Assembly: GCA_030141605.1 (NCBI GenBank)
Contig: JAQGDQ010000150.1
Span: 232,627 to 296,626 of the forward strand
Length of the DNA: 64,000 nt
Direction: 5' to 3'
Source of the DNA: Tubiluchus corallicola
Taxonomy: Eukaryota; Animalia; Priapulida
The notes beneath the pieces are model-generated. The model had not been told where the DNA came from, searched no databases, and saw only the letters and a list, made by a program, of their open reading frames with translations. Below, piece after piece: positions 36,501 to 50,330 of this stretch (positions are counted from its first letter, which is position 1; each line of letters starts with the position of its first letter). The position numbers were made by a program, and so were the translations under genes.

Positions 36501-39500
36501 ATGTAATTTTCTTTCATCACCACTAGTTAGGAAGATGGACCACTGATTGGTAAAGAATATTTAGTAATATAATATTTTATTTATATAAGTAATATAAGTA
36601 ATGGTGTTACATTATTTGAAAAGCTAATGCAAAACTGGAAAAGCAAGATAATACATTGTGATGAGTCCTTTCACAAAGACGCCACCAGCTAAATCTGTTA
36701 ATACTGAATCCAAAGAAGGACATGTAACTAAGGGTGACACAAAGCTGTTGAAAGTATTTTTTACAAAATTGTTCTGTAGCAGTAGAAAGTTTATTAAAAA
36801 TATAATTACTCTAAAACAAATTTACTACTTTTCAAAACTAGCTTATGTTATACACTAGATGCAGAAACACTGGCTAACACTGTTTAAAAATAATTAAAAT
36901 GGCAAAAAATTTTACAACGTAAGTCAATATAAACAGCAATCCCTATTTGTACTTAAAGCAAGTGAAACTATGTGAAAACTAGATTAGCACATAACTTCTT
37001 TCATGAAAACACCACTGATGAAATTTATAAGAAAAGAAAAAACGGGTGCTTTAAATATTGTTTGAAGAATAAGATTGTTTTCGTATTTTTAGTCCTACAC
37101 AAAACACATGCGTTTCACATTGTTTTAAAACAAATTCAGATATCCCTCAAGGTTTGTTATTCTAAGGCAGATTAATGCTGAACATTGGGGAAAAGACTGC
37201 AAGAAGGCAAAACAAAAGTTACCTTCGCAGTTGGCAATTTTCACTACGCAATGGCTGTAATGCTAATTCCACCTCTGATTGTATATCACGGTGAGCTTGT
37301 ATCTCAGGGAGCTGCCCCACAGCAGATTCTATCTCATGTAACAACTGCTCAATCCGCCTGTCACCAGCTAGATAAAACAATTTCCAATAACTACAATATA
37401 CATCTAGTTAACAACATAATGCAATATGTTGACAATTATTAACAATATTCACTTATATCGAACAAAAGGTATTACACATGTATTAGAATCTTAGTTATTC
37501 TGTCTAATATGTCAATGCAAAAACATATTTGCGAGCAGTGCTGGATAAAAAATCTCACATGAAGTCAACAAATGATAACCAAATTCACTTTATTATTAAT
37601 TACGGAAATGCTTTCTAGGTTCTTCACTCACTTATAACTTTACTTTCTGGTTAACATGTCTTCAGTCAGCAAGCCTCAAAAATAACTAGAGTGCATTAAC
37701 CACAGATTTGTTTCTTTCTGGAAGTGGTCAACACATTGTGCTTTACCGAATAAAGAAATCTCGGGATAAGACAGATAGGACTATTGGTTATGCAGAACAG
37801 CTATTGTGTTAATAGGTTGGAAAGTGACGAATTTAGCATGGACTTCAACTTTTCAAAAAAGAACATTAAAAACTGCAAAGACATAAATTAGACCACAATT
37901 CACCTCTGTTCCCAACAGCTCCTTTCAAATCACTAACACAACGCAGCAGCATTTTTGCGGGGTTAAAATCAGGACGGAAACAATCTTCTTCATCATCAGA
38001 GCAAATGTCATCCTTAACGCCTGTGTAGAATCCACTTTTGTCTGTAAAAAGTAGAATATGCTGAACTTACGCTGTTTAGAATTTGTGCAACCAACAAATC
38101 TAAGTTTATGATGAAAGCCCATTATATGTCTAAATAAAAAAAGTAATAATTAGCTTGCCATTAATACTTAAAACAGATAACAGGAGGAACAAATGAGACG
38201 TGAACAGAACTACTAAACATTATACAACATATTTAAATATATACAGTTCGACATTACAACTATTATTATGACTATTAGGCACATATTACATACAAACTTA
38301 CAAAATATCTATTATTTTTTAATTACCTGTACTTGAAATTCCAACATTTTGCTGATATTTAGGCAGGTAAGTATTTGCAGCAACGTTAATGTGTGAGGTA
38401 TTTCTAGCATCATGCATCTGAGATTCAGGTGATTCATTACTTTCATTACTGCCCATCGATGAAGTAAGAGGCACAGATTCTTTGCAAACAGATGCTTGCT
38501 TATTTTCAAGAATAAAAAGTGGTGCAACCAGTTGTGATTGTTCAGGCTGCTGGTTTGTTAGTTTACAGTGTTGTACAGACAAATTAGGCACAAAGGCATC
38601 CTTAGACTTATCACTTGGCATGTGGCCCTGGAAAGAAGTTTTGTATTGTTGGTCCCTGAAGCCCATCACAGGCACTGAATCAGCATTGTACATTGCTGAA
38701 CCATTCACTTTAGGTGGTAGAAGTGAAGCACCTGGCATGAAAGACTGTTGTCCCTGGCCTGTCAAAAAAGACATTGGGAAAGACAAGAAAGAGCTTGGAT
38801 AACCTTGTCCAAGAACCCAGTTGGAAGGAGTGTGCATAGGAATACCTGTAAACAGGTAGTTTGAATTCTTCATTCGCATGCTGTTTGTCACATTTGAACT
38901 AATTGTAGACTGTTTTATTTTGCATCCGATACTTTGGCTTGACTGCTCACCTTTATCACTAGATTGCTCATTGAGTACTAAAGAATTAATACTATCTGAT
39001 TTCTGAAATTGAAAACTTTCCTGAGAATCGATGCCGTCAGCTGCGGCATCAGCTACTACAACAGCATTTTTTATACTACTATTCAAGTAGCCATTAAGCA
39101 CCAAATTGTCCATCACAGAAAAAGAACTGGGCATTGCTGATTTATCAGCCCAATCCTCAGTAACAGACACAAGGGGCGGAGGCGAAACATTACAAGATAC
39201 ATCAGACCTTTGAAAAGTTTGTACAGGCTGTTGCCCATCTTTATACTTTGAATGACTATTAGGTGGTGATATCACATTAGCTATGTGGGAGTTTGAGCCG
39301 GGAAGACTTGGTTCAAAGAAAACTCCATCTTGTCTTAATCCTGAAAAAATAAAGATTTACTTTATTTTTTTACAGCATGATAGTAATAAATATTAAGGGC
39401 GTTCGGGTCAGGATCATTGGTACAAGTTCGGAGTTAGGGATGCTAATTGAGTATGAACTTAAGATCAGGATTCGGATAAATATTCCAGACTCCGAACCAT

Positions 39501-41355
39501 ACACATAATTGTCCGTAAATGAAGATCTGAAATTACAGCAAAATCCTACAATTTTAGCTCCTGTCTGTTAATTACAAGTGCTTAGAATCCTAAACAGAGA
39601 AATGATGTTTAGACTATGAACAGGTTCCACCCACAGACCTTCTGACAAAGTGCAGCCTCTGATTCTGTGAATGATAAACACTTGATGATGGTACGAACCC
39701 ATTTCTTAATTTCAAGACATTAAGATTATAATAATTAATTGATATAACAGCCATTTGCTGTAGTCTAATAGTAGAATATGTGTATTCCCTCATTTCTCTA
39801 TACAGTTATGGTTAAAAAATCACAATGAAGATACGTTCTCACGAAAATGATGAATAACTTGGCAAGTGACTCAATTTTCTTGATATGCCTTAAAAACCAA
39901 ATGTAAATATTGTTTTTCAGATATTATAAACTTTTAAAGTTCAGGGTCGAGACAGGACGAAAAGTTCAGGATATGAGAAAAGTTTGGGATTGGGGTTCAA
40001 AGGTACAGTAAGTCCTCGCTTAACGACACTATTGCGCTCCAGCGAAACAAAACTAAGAGTTCCATAGAAAGTAATGTAAAAGAACTGAGATACATTTCAG
40101 AGGCAAAAATCTATGCTGTTTAATAAATATAAATTAAGTACTTTTAATGCTTCAAATTTGGTAAAAAAAAGTTGTTGATAAAATAAAACCAGTTTTGAGC
40201 AAAGTGAAAAAACATCGTTAAAGAGAAACATGCGCTGTTAAGCAAGAAGGTGTCAAATGCTCAGCATCTTTAAAACAAAACGTCATTAAACAGCGGAGTC
40301 GTTAAGTGAGGACTTGCTATATATATTTTAGCAGCACCACGAATGTCGCGTTAAATTTAGCTGCAAATTAATTTGGAAGCTGTTGGAAAAGGTAAAGCAC
40401 ACATTAAAAACTTACAAATATATAGTAATGCACGCAATGGGGCCCTGAATGATGAAAAGTCTGTTCTTTTTATGAGTTTGCATCACTGATATGTATGCAA
40501 TTAAACATGTTTCCTACAAAGGTGCTCTCTCTCTCTCTATATATATATTTTTTTCTGTGAACATTACGAGTTAGAAAGTCTTAGTCTGACAATTAATGCA
40601 AGTGTCCTCAATTCAGAAGATGGATTTGGGCATGTACTAACCTTGTTGAGAATATGTCTTACAACAATTTATTTATAACTCATACATATATAGGTAACAG
40701 GGATGTTCCAACTGAATGAACCGATTGCCAGATTATGATTTAAAATGCTGATAATTTTTATGAATGCACTGTATATATCTAAACTTCAATTTCTTCTTGA
40801 CCTTTGCCATGCAATTATTAAGTGGAAAAACGCTACAAAACTAACGAAATTATCACATCCAAATCTATTTTCCAAGTTGAGTAAATAGCTGGCTTCCATT
40901 CGAATTTAAAAACATGTTTATACAGTTTTCCCAACATCTAAAAATCATTACTGAAAGCCCCTATTCTGACCCTTATCGCTATCCCGTGGCTACAAAGTTG
41001 CAAAATTTATGTTATGGTAAAAAAGGTAAAGCTCATTTATAAGAGTATTTATTGTAAGTTTTATTGTTTTTTGGATATAAAGGTAGTTAGTTGATTGAAG
41101 ACAGAACAAAAATGCTGTAGAAGTAAACATTATTCTAATCAGATTATCATTGACATTATCTTTAAGCAAACAATGCAAACAATGAATATATTTATATAAA
41201 AAACACAAACCATTTAGCTCAGCCATATTTGCCAACATCTTTGCACACCTCTCAATACCTTCATCCAACGACACAGCAGGACCTTTGCAATCAGCCACAA
41301 TTCTGTTTTCCACTTTATCGTCATCTTCTTCATCCTTAGACTGCATTTTTTCCAT
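33538..41355 (-). CDS. CCDC14: Coiled-coil domain-containing protein 14 (centriolar satellite protein)
   Basis: Phase-consistent exons on -: 41355-41211, 39340-38327, 38041-37904, 37367-37223, 36311-36229, 35958-35804, 35426-35293, 35056-34976, 34756-34673, 34288-33538 (2730 nt, 909 aa). [33 protein letters not shown] matches the CCDC14 signature (human [33 protein letters not shown], recalled). N-terminal EGIERCAKML resembles human HGLDGCASLL. Start codon and last exon are less certain. Confidence 0.85.
40006..40319. mobile_element. Tigger/pogo-like MITE (314 bp) in a CCDC14 intron
   Basis: TA|CAGTAAGTCCTCGCTTAACGAC ... GTCGTTAAGTGAGGACTTGCTA|TA: 22-bp TIR with 3 mismatches and TA TSD. Confidence 0.75.
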
Positions 41356-43007
41356 AACCCCTTGAAAACCTAACCAAACCGTACTAAAAACATTAAATCA
41401 CACAACAGGTACTGATAAAGATGACTAATATATATATATATATATATATGTATACATGGTTTGCAATTTTTTTACATAATTACCAATCAAGTAAATTTTT
41501 ACAATGTTTTTAAATCAATTACACCATTCTGTTCTTTCTTTTACAGTAACTACACATTTTATGAAGTCAGCACCTTTCTTTGCCTATAGCTTTGTTGGAT
41601 TTCACCCCACAAATAAAAACTTACTAATTGTGAAAAAAATAGTTGCATTCATGAGCTACAATTTCTACATTTTTCTATTATTATTTTCTTCAGAATAATT
41701 GCGCTGTAATTATACATATTTGCATATAATTTTACATATTTCATCTTAAGCCAGAAAGAGCACTTTTAACTACACAATGGCATAAAAAAATTAACACATA
41801 ACTTGTGCCATAACAGTGGTGTGAAGGATCACTATGGTCTACACTTATTCTTCACTAAAATTCTCTAACTACTTATCCAGTCAATTAACTGACATTTTTG
41901 TGACACCTAAGTAGTGCAAATTGTATCTTTGTGAAGTTTTGTACAAGCAACATTTTTTTCAGTTTTTTCTTTTCCAGAAATTCTTTGATGATAGATCAAA
42001 TAAAATTGCATCCACATTTTCCAAAAATTCTTGGTCCAGGAAAAAACAAAAACAAATTTTTAAAATAGAAATTCATTTGCATTAGACAGTTTGTCAAGAA
42101 TGTTCTGCATGTATTCAGAATCTAAATAGTAATTAATAACAGACATACTTAACCATATGTAGTCGTCCCCTTTTTAGGATGTGTGTTTCTATACTGATAC
42201 CATAATTGAAACCTTTCTACACAATCTTGCTAAGCAACGTCCTTGCAATGCAATATCCACATACTCACTTGAAATAGAAACACAAAAATAACTCAATTAA
42301 GAGATTGTCAAAATTTATAACATTTTGCTTGAACTTTAATCACAAACCACACAAGGCAATTGAATGTTGAGGAAGCATAATTTGTGTTTTCTTCTGATAT
42401 CTACTGATAAGGTCTGATTAGATGCTCCGACAAAAAACAATCTTGTACTGACTCACTCAAAATATCTATAGACTGGACATCTAGAAGTTGAAGCGAAAAC
42501 TGGATACTGGACCTTCATTCAAGTTTTCCAATTTTTGAACTATATCAACAATTTCCAGATAATCAAATCTCCTGAAATGCTTGCTATATAACACTACCAA
42601 GGACTACTATACACAGGACGTGCACGCTCAGATCTCTGATTCCGCCAGCGGAGGTGATCAATACTGTATGAACGTAATCTATAAATAGTGCGCTTTAGAG
42701 AGTAGTGATCTTGGAAATTAAAGAATGGGCTGATCGGTAGATAGCGAGTATTATTTTTCATTTAATTGGTTCTTTACATTACGGGAGAAAAGTACCAATT
42801 GTTTATTTTATGTATCAAAGGAAATTAGTGTTCATTTTTACTTCTTAAATAGCGCACTACTTTAGGCATAAGTGTGTTTTACCGGAAGTAGTGCTTTGTC
42901 ATTGTTAATGTGTCATTGTTCAAAGTCAAGTGAAGCGTTGTTTTCGTGTTTCTTTGTGGATTATTTTCAAAATTTCTCGTGGATTTTATACATCTGTGCT
43001 CAGCAGC

Positions 43008-45540
43008 ATGCCTAACAAGTGTGGTGTTGTTAAATGCAAAGGTAACTATGACACGGAGAACAAGTGTCGTGTGTTCAGACTGCCAAGAGATCATGTAGAA
43101 AAACAGAAATGGCTAAGTGTTCTTCCCCCACGCGAAGGCTTTGTTGTTGATCCAACGAAATTTTTCATTTGCGAAAAGCATTGGCCATCGGATACTCAAA
43201 TGGTCAAAATTCCAGGTGGTCACACCAGGCCAGTGGATCCACCCAGTATTTTCAACGTTCCAACATCATGCTTGCCCACTCCAAAGCCACCACCTCGCCC
43301 TCCAAAAACTGAGGACCAGCAGCTGAATTATTTCTTTAAAAAGGATAAAATAACTTCTCTCAATGAATTCACTCCTGAGAAAGACCTGCATAAGACGTAT
43401 CAGAACCTCATTATATCTCGCACACAAGACAAATTTGTGTGCATGTTCATGGAAGAGAACCACAGTCAATGTTATATGTCAATTATTGTTCACAATAAGC
43501 CTACCTTGTGTTCCCCTCTTACTCTGTATGCTTTCAAAAACGGGATCAGTGTGCCATTAAGTAAAATCCTCAGTCCAAACAATGGGCTGTCCTCTTACTC
43601 ACAATTTTTTGCGGTTGTGAATTCTGTTGTCAACCACATTCATCATGTTGATGATATTGTCAACAAAGTGACAAAGTCTCTTGAACTTGAACTAGCTCAA
43701 AATCGAGAACAATCTCCTAGTGTTAATGCTAAAGCCAAGAAGCTCACATTTCTAACACGACAGCTTCGACTATTATGTGATAAGACTTTCACAGTGTCTG
43801 ATTATTGCTTTGCAATAGAGTCATTTCCCCATTGCAATTACGAACAACTGCGTGACTTTTTAGTGTTACCCAGCAAAAGAAAGCTGCAGTCAGTTATTTC
43901 ATCGATAGATATTGACAAGGTGCTAGGTAAAACATTTCAGAAAGCGAAAAGCTCTGAGCAGAAACACTGTATGCTATTGGTGGATGAAGTGAAAATACGC
44001 CCAACAGTGGCTTTTTCAGGGGGTGTGCTAAATGGCATGGCAAAAAATGAGCCAGACAGTAAAGTTACATCAATGCTATGTGTGATGGCTAAATGTCTAC
44101 ATGGTGGCCCCAGCGTGATGATATCAGTGACCCCCGTTCACAAGCTGACTGCTGCATATCAATTCTCTGTCGTGAAGGAGGCTGCTACAGTGGTTGAGAA
44201 TTCGGGAGGAACTGTTTTAGGGTCCATGACGGACAACCACAAGATCAACCAACAATACTGCAAATTGTTTACCAGACGAACAGACTGGGAGGCTGAACAT
44301 CCCCTGGAAAATACACGAGTGTGGTTCCTGTTGTATGATACCGTCCACATTCTGAAATGTATCAGGAACAACTGGATCACGGAGAAATGTCAGAGATTAT
44401 CGTTTGACAAGAAAACTGTTGGCTCATTTGCTGAAGTAAAAAGTCTTTACAAAGCTGAGAAAGACAATGTGCTGAAGTCAACACCTTTGACATATTCTGC
44501 AGTCTTCCCATCGAAACTTCAGCTCCAGAATGTGCAACATGTCCTGAGGGTGTTCAACGATCGTGTCGTTGCATCGCTGAGACTTCGAGGAGCCCAGGAT
44601 ACTGCAGAATTCATTCAGCAAGTGCTACGCTGGTGGAATGTGGTAAATGTTTCTGCCAGAGGTCAAGACACGAGGATGAGAGACCCTGATCGATCTGTTC
44701 AACAAGATAGATCTCATACTCTTCAGTCGTTGTTGACTCTGTTTAAGCAAACCGAATCAGGACACGGACCAAATAGAATTGAATGCCTGACACATGATAC
44801 GCGAAAAGCTTTGATTCAGACCACGGAGGGACTCCTCGCTATCTGTAGGCACTTGTTTTCTGTTGGATTTCACTACGTATTATTGCGTGAACTTCAGAGT
44901 GACAGAATAGAGGGTGAGTTCTCAGTTTACAGGCAGTCAAGGGGGGCCAATGCATTCATGCAAGCTGGAGATGTCTGTTCAGCATTCAAGCGGAGACTGG
45001 CGCGTTTTTCTGCATCATTCCTGGAGTTTGTGGACACAGACACATCATCCGAAATCCAGTTGCACACATGCAATGGGATTGATTTCGAGGATGCCAAAAT
45101 TATGGAGATTTGTGTTGACGAGACTCTTTCCAAAACTGAACTGAACGCGTGTGCATATGTCGCAGGTTGGTTGGAGAGCAAGTGCCAAAATGACATTTCT
45201 TTTCCCAGAGGATGAGCCTCTCCTTTCTGAGGAAATGAAAATGTTCATTGAAGAAGTGTCTAGGGGCGGTCTTACAGTGCCCCACCCATTCACGTTCGAA
45301 TTCGTAACAACTGGCTTGTGTTTTGTGAAGAAGTCAACTCACACAGTCTGCTGCCGCAACAAGCTCGTGAACATCCTCTCCATAATCAATGCCTACTTTG
45401 ATTTTGGAGAATTTTCAAGAAATGCTCTGAGACGCCTGGCGAATGTACTGCTGCATGGACTACACAATTTGGAGAAGGATCACCAGCAGAACTCAGCCCT
45501 TTACCAGACCTCCATTAAGAAGGCGCGACTAGCCGACTAA
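43008..45540 (+). CDS. P-element/THAP9-like transposase, 843 aa if one +1 frame break at ~45200 is corrected
   Basis: ATG at 43008 (MPNKCGVVKC...W...FFICEKHW...P, THAP C2CH). Catalytic-core motifs LLVDEVKI, SMTDNHKIN, YDTVHILKCIRNNW and QSDRIEGEFSVYRQ; C-terminal AYVAGW and SRGGLTVP. Frame 1 stops at 45215 (735 aa); the rest lies in the +1 frame up to 45540. No other lesions seen. Confidence 0.9.
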
Positions 45541-45742
45541 TTGTCGCAAACATCTCTGCAAAATGGTGAGTGCAATAATTTCATGTATTCTAATTTATAC
45601 AGAGGAACCTATGAATGAGTTTATATAGTCCTGACAAAATGGTGCAGTCTGTTTATTCTCTATAGAAAGTGACAGGTAATCATCGGGACACAATGAGTTG
45701 CAGATATGGTGTGTTTTTTTGGGAGGGGGGATATCATAGGTA

Positions 45743-45814
45743 CCACTGTTTTTAAATTACTAGATGAATGAGGAATATCCACTGTTTTTAAATTACTAGA
45801 TGAATGAGGAATAT
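45743..45814 (+). repeat. Perfect 36-bp tandem duplication in the P-element 3' non-coding region
   Basis: CCACTGTTTTTAAATTACTAGATGAATGAGGAATAT twice. Confidence 0.92.
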
Positions 45815-48689
45815 GTTCTATGTGTATTGTGGCATGCTATAGGTCACCATGGGGGGTAAATATGTCCAAATTATTAGCACTAAATGTTAAAAATTGATCG
45901 CCTCCGCTAGCCGAATCAGAGATCTGAGCGTGCACGTCCTGTTGTATAGTAGTCCTTGAACACTACCAATATTGGCATTATACTGTGGTTGGGGGTAAAC
46001 TGATGCTCACAAAATGCCACAGTTAATTAAAATTGGAATCTCTAGTTAGTTGTCTTAGGTAACAGCAATCTTTGTTATAATTTAATATATACCATGGTGT
46101 CCAGATACAACTGCAAAACATTTATATCGAAAAAGCATATTCAGCATGTCTAGAAGAAACCGTACTAGAGCTAATCATAAAGATAACGAAACAGTCATAG
46201 CCAACAGAAGCTATTAGTGTGTTGACCTTGATTTCGTTTCACTTAGAGCCGTTGAACAACAGATAAAAGATGCTTACCGCTAATATTAATTAGTCTTGCT
46301 TGAATGCATTTAAAGTTTCTTCGCACTGCCAAATATCACTCTTTTAATAAAAACAGTAACAGCCACCAAATCACAGAAGGCCAATTTACAAACAAAGCTC
46401 ATAAAAGCTCATTTTTCAGTTTACTAAATGTGTTCTTTCAATTCAGTCGCTACAAAAGCACATTTGAATGCCTATGAAATGATGTTATAATATGTAAAGC
46501 AGTGAAAATTGTGTCAGGTATCGCTAACATTTAGCTACGAAATTCGGGCTGATAGGTTTGCAATTTTAAATTTGAAATGCATTTATTGCTATACCTTTGA
46601 GAAAACACAGAAATGCTTGAAAAGGTCTCTGTGAACATTATTAACTTGAGTAATTTGTTAAAATTTACTTTAAGATCGCTCCACATACGATCTTAAATAA
46701 TCTAACGAGCATATTATACAATTAAAGGTATTTTGCATGCAATACTGTTTTTCGCATTTTTATTGCAGGGTAAAACAACAGTGAACACCCAGTGAACGCA
46801 TAATTTCCAGTTTTAGCTGTCTGCCATTATAAGTAAAAATTGAACAGCACTTTGAATCATGTTATATGTGGCCTTCTTTCTTTATGCATATTTTGCTTGA
46901 TTCCTGTCAGAACAATATTCAACTGGCAATCATAACATGGCAACAATTATTTACTGTGTCTCAGCCTTTGTGCAATTACTATTTCTGGACATGACAGCAC
47001 ACTGTAGTGGCAGCCATTTTGGCAAAGTACAATGATGCGTGCTTGTTAGTTGTTTCCGATTTTCTCCATTTCAACAGAAGTTAGTCCAAAGACCTGTTAT
47101 GTAATCACTTTGCCAAAATGTCGCTTCTAAGGTATGCATTCATATGACTGTCCATTATGGTCAACAACTGTTTTTTAGATCCTTTTAGTGGTTTTTACCA
47201 AAAATAAAAACAAATGAAGTTTAATAACTGCTTTTTCCTGATGTTCATGTCCTTATATAATGTAAAAAGTTTGCAGTTTGCAATAATACACAGTACTACA
47301 GGCCTAAATGTACACGTCTGTCCATTACATCAACTCAAATGTGCAAACAGCCTTCTGGCAGATGTTCAACCATCTGTTTTGTAAAAAGCATGGAATACTT
47401 CACACATGTTATGAGAAATACAGAGCATACATACGAACTAATAATAGTTAGAAAAGCAGAAAAAAGCAGAGTTGAAGACAGTAGGCTGGTTTTTTGTTAA
47501 ATATATGAAAAGAAATGGCTTGAGGGGCTACATTTATTAATAAAACATAGTATATTTATGAACGTTGAAGCATCGGCTCATCTATATTTGCAGTTCCATT
47601 TACCAAAAACTAAGCTTTTTTACTGAAACTGTTTTAGTTTAATTTAGAAAATGAAAATAAAGTTTCGATGACAAAAATTGATAATTTTGTTTATTTCGCT
47701 TAAAAATGTCAAAAATGTTTCAAATTATGCATTACTACAAAAATTCACCTAGTTGATGTTACTGAATGTTTAAAATATATGTATTTCATATATATGTGTA
47801 TTTCTATGTTACTGAAGCACTTCTGCAGCTAGTAACCAGCTAATTGACATTTGAAAAGTAAATTATGCTAAATATTTGTTATTATTTGAGCTGTTAAACA
47901 GCATTTTAACATGAAAGACTGATTGTCTTCTTTATGCAATTAAGAAATACATAAATTGCTTTTCTTAAAATTGCCGTAACTTTGTAACATTTCATCTAGT
48001 TTATAAACCAAATGTAGTTTTATAAAGCACAGAACAAGAGCTTTCATTTGCTATATTTCACAAATACCTATGTGAAATCTTTTTTGCCTTTCTGGGCACC
48101 AAATTTGGAGGTGTTTACCCTGCACACTAACCTCACCTGTACACTACAGATTAAATCATTAAACATTATAATACCCAATAATAAATGTGAATTTATAATG
48201 AGACGTAGCTACGATTACTTGTTCTAAAAAACACTACACAAAGCATATGCTATACAAAATAGAAATTAATTAGTGATCATACTAAACATTATTTTTAAAG
48301 TAAAATTTTCTCAGTTAAAGTCATTGCTTTACAGAATATCCACACGTTATCTTGCGACATTTTAAATTATTCACAACTGAAGTGATCGCATTCTACCCCA
48401 TCAACGTGTTTAGTAATTATGAGGTTGCCATATCAATCATTTAAACTATATATCATTTAGCAAGTTCTTCGATTTACTTCGATTTTAGCTGACAATTTTT
48501 GACTTGATGCGATCAGAACTTTGCACAAAAATGACCATTTTCAAATGATGCGATTATTTTTGTTAGTTTGGCTATCGGCATGTTTATCAAGTTGTTCAAC
48601 AATTAGCATCTTATGTTGCTCTTGGAGAAAAATTTCAACATTAAACTTATTTTACTAACTTGCATTATTTTTCTTATACATACAGCGAT

Positions 48690-48830
48690 TCGATGGCACT
48701 CTCACTGCACTTTTAAATTTACTTAGGTTCTCTAAAGCTATTTCGTTACTTGGAAGATGACTCCATGAATTAATTACTTGGTGATTGAAAAAATGTTGCC
48801 ATATATTGGTTCTAATACTAGGCATTAAAA
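48690..48830 (-). mobile_element. CR1/L2-type LINE 3' fragment
   Basis: FFNHQVINSWSHLPSNEIALENLSKFKS matches the conserved FFxxRVINxWNxLP...FK end of LINE ORF2. Confidence 0.55.
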
Positions 48831-49479
48831 TGCTTGTCAGAATGTCCCCAAACCCGAAGAAAATGTCTAACAAAGAAATCAATTGACTATGGTATAGTAT
48901 CATCAATCAAAATCTTATATTCATTTACCATTTGAATCAATAGTACTTACTACGTCTTTATCTTAAAGAGGACATAAATGACCACGAGCGCGATAAAAAA
49001 ATACTTCTGTTTCAATCTTGTCGCACGGGTAATATTTTTTATCGCACACCCAGCTAGGGATTTTATAAATTTTTTTTGTACGTTCATATACCATACTTGG
49101 CGCAGTCACATAAAATAATATTTTTTTTAATTTAAAACGTAAAACAATAATTATTATAACATCGCTCTTTATAACTATTATAACTTCGTCCTGGGTGGGA
49201 ATGCACGCGCAACCATGTTTTTCTACGGCTAACTCTCGGCCAAGGCTGCTCATTGTACGATATGGAACTAACAATAATTCATAAAGCAGATACATCTGAA
49301 ACACATTTACTAGGTAAATTATGAATAACAATCAAACAGAATTTGTTTAATTGATTTTTTAAACTTATTTATATTAACCAATTTAAATACTTTAGCTTAG
49401 GAATGTTTAACCAAAGCAAGGAAATTAGCTGTTTACTTTCTTCTTCAAAATCTCATTCCACCTGTTGTAGGCATTGAGG

Positions 49480-49900
49480 TATCAACATTTATCAGAGTAT
49501 TCCACGCTCTTCTATCTGCAGCTAACAGCTAAGTTCTTCTACTCCTAAAGATAGATTTGGTTGAAGTTGTTGAACATCTTTATTTATCTTAGTTATCCAA
49601 GTTGTTTTAGGTTTAGTAGGTGGTTTTTTGCAAGGTTTTAAAGCTTCCTTTAAGGCGATTCTTACAGATGCTTCATTTGGTAATCTTAAAAGATGTCCTA
49701 GCCATCTTAATCTTTGGATCTTGACTTTTGAACTCCAATAAATTTCTTTTGTTCTGGTGTATAAATATTCAATTTTGATTATGTATGGCCATCTTATCTT
49801 TAAAACTTTCCTAAGAAGACTTCTATGAAATGTGTCAATCTGCTTTTCTTGAGTAATAGTTAAACCCCAAGTTTTGCTGATGTACATTTCCATGATTATA
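49480..49900 (-). mobile_element. RTE-clade LINE ORF2 C-terminal fragment
   Basis: TWGLT...IDTFHRSLLRKVLKIRWP...RLRWLGHLLRLP...PKTTW, characteristic RTE-like post-RT motifs. Confidence 0.75.
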
Positions 49901-50318
49901 ATTACTTAATATTTAAAAAACTTTTGATGTTAAACTAATTGGAGAAAATAAATGTTCTATGTCTATGTCTAACGTAAATATGCTGGTAAAGTACATTGTA
50001 AAGTAAATGTAAATGAAGAAAATTTAACGTAAGCATTAGATAATCGAAGTCTTACGTTACGACTTAATTTCTTGCTAGTTAATACATTCTCATGCTGAAG
50101 AAAAGCATGCATTGTTTGTTGCTTTCTGCATCATCTTTGGTGCTCAGAAAAATGCCCATGTACTTGCACTTTTTCCAAGACTAATTATCATCTATTGCAA
50201 TAATATATTCTTCTCTTTTTGACTGGTTTACTTGAAGATTTCTTTTCTCTAGTTTTTTTTGGAAAACTACCCACTGATGGAAGGAATTTTCGTATTAACT
50301 ACAACGCAATCCAGAATT

Positions 50319-50330
50319 CAAAATGGCGGC
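50319..50330 (-). promoter_or_regulatory. YY1-type motif (GCCGCCATTTTG), candidate CCDC14 transcription-start region
   Basis: Exact YY1 consensus, followed on - by ~270 nt and a GTAAGA donor (exon end 50056). The link to CCDC14 is inferred. Confidence 0.35.

Larger units (their letters stand above)
42598..45958 (+). mobile_element. P-element superfamily DNA transposon, full length (3361 bp)
   Basis: TIRs 42598-42662 and 45893-45958 beginning CAAGGACTACTATAC (about 65 bp, 3 mismatches and 1 indel). Perfect 8-bp TSD AACACTAC (42590-42597, 45959-45966). Encodes a THAP-DDE transposase. Confidence 0.96.

Noticed and set aside
42930-43007. N-terminal 26-codon extension of the P transposase in the ORF track
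   Set aside because: It starts at GTG. THAP domains begin within a few residues of the initiator Met, so the ATG at 43008 is the likely start.
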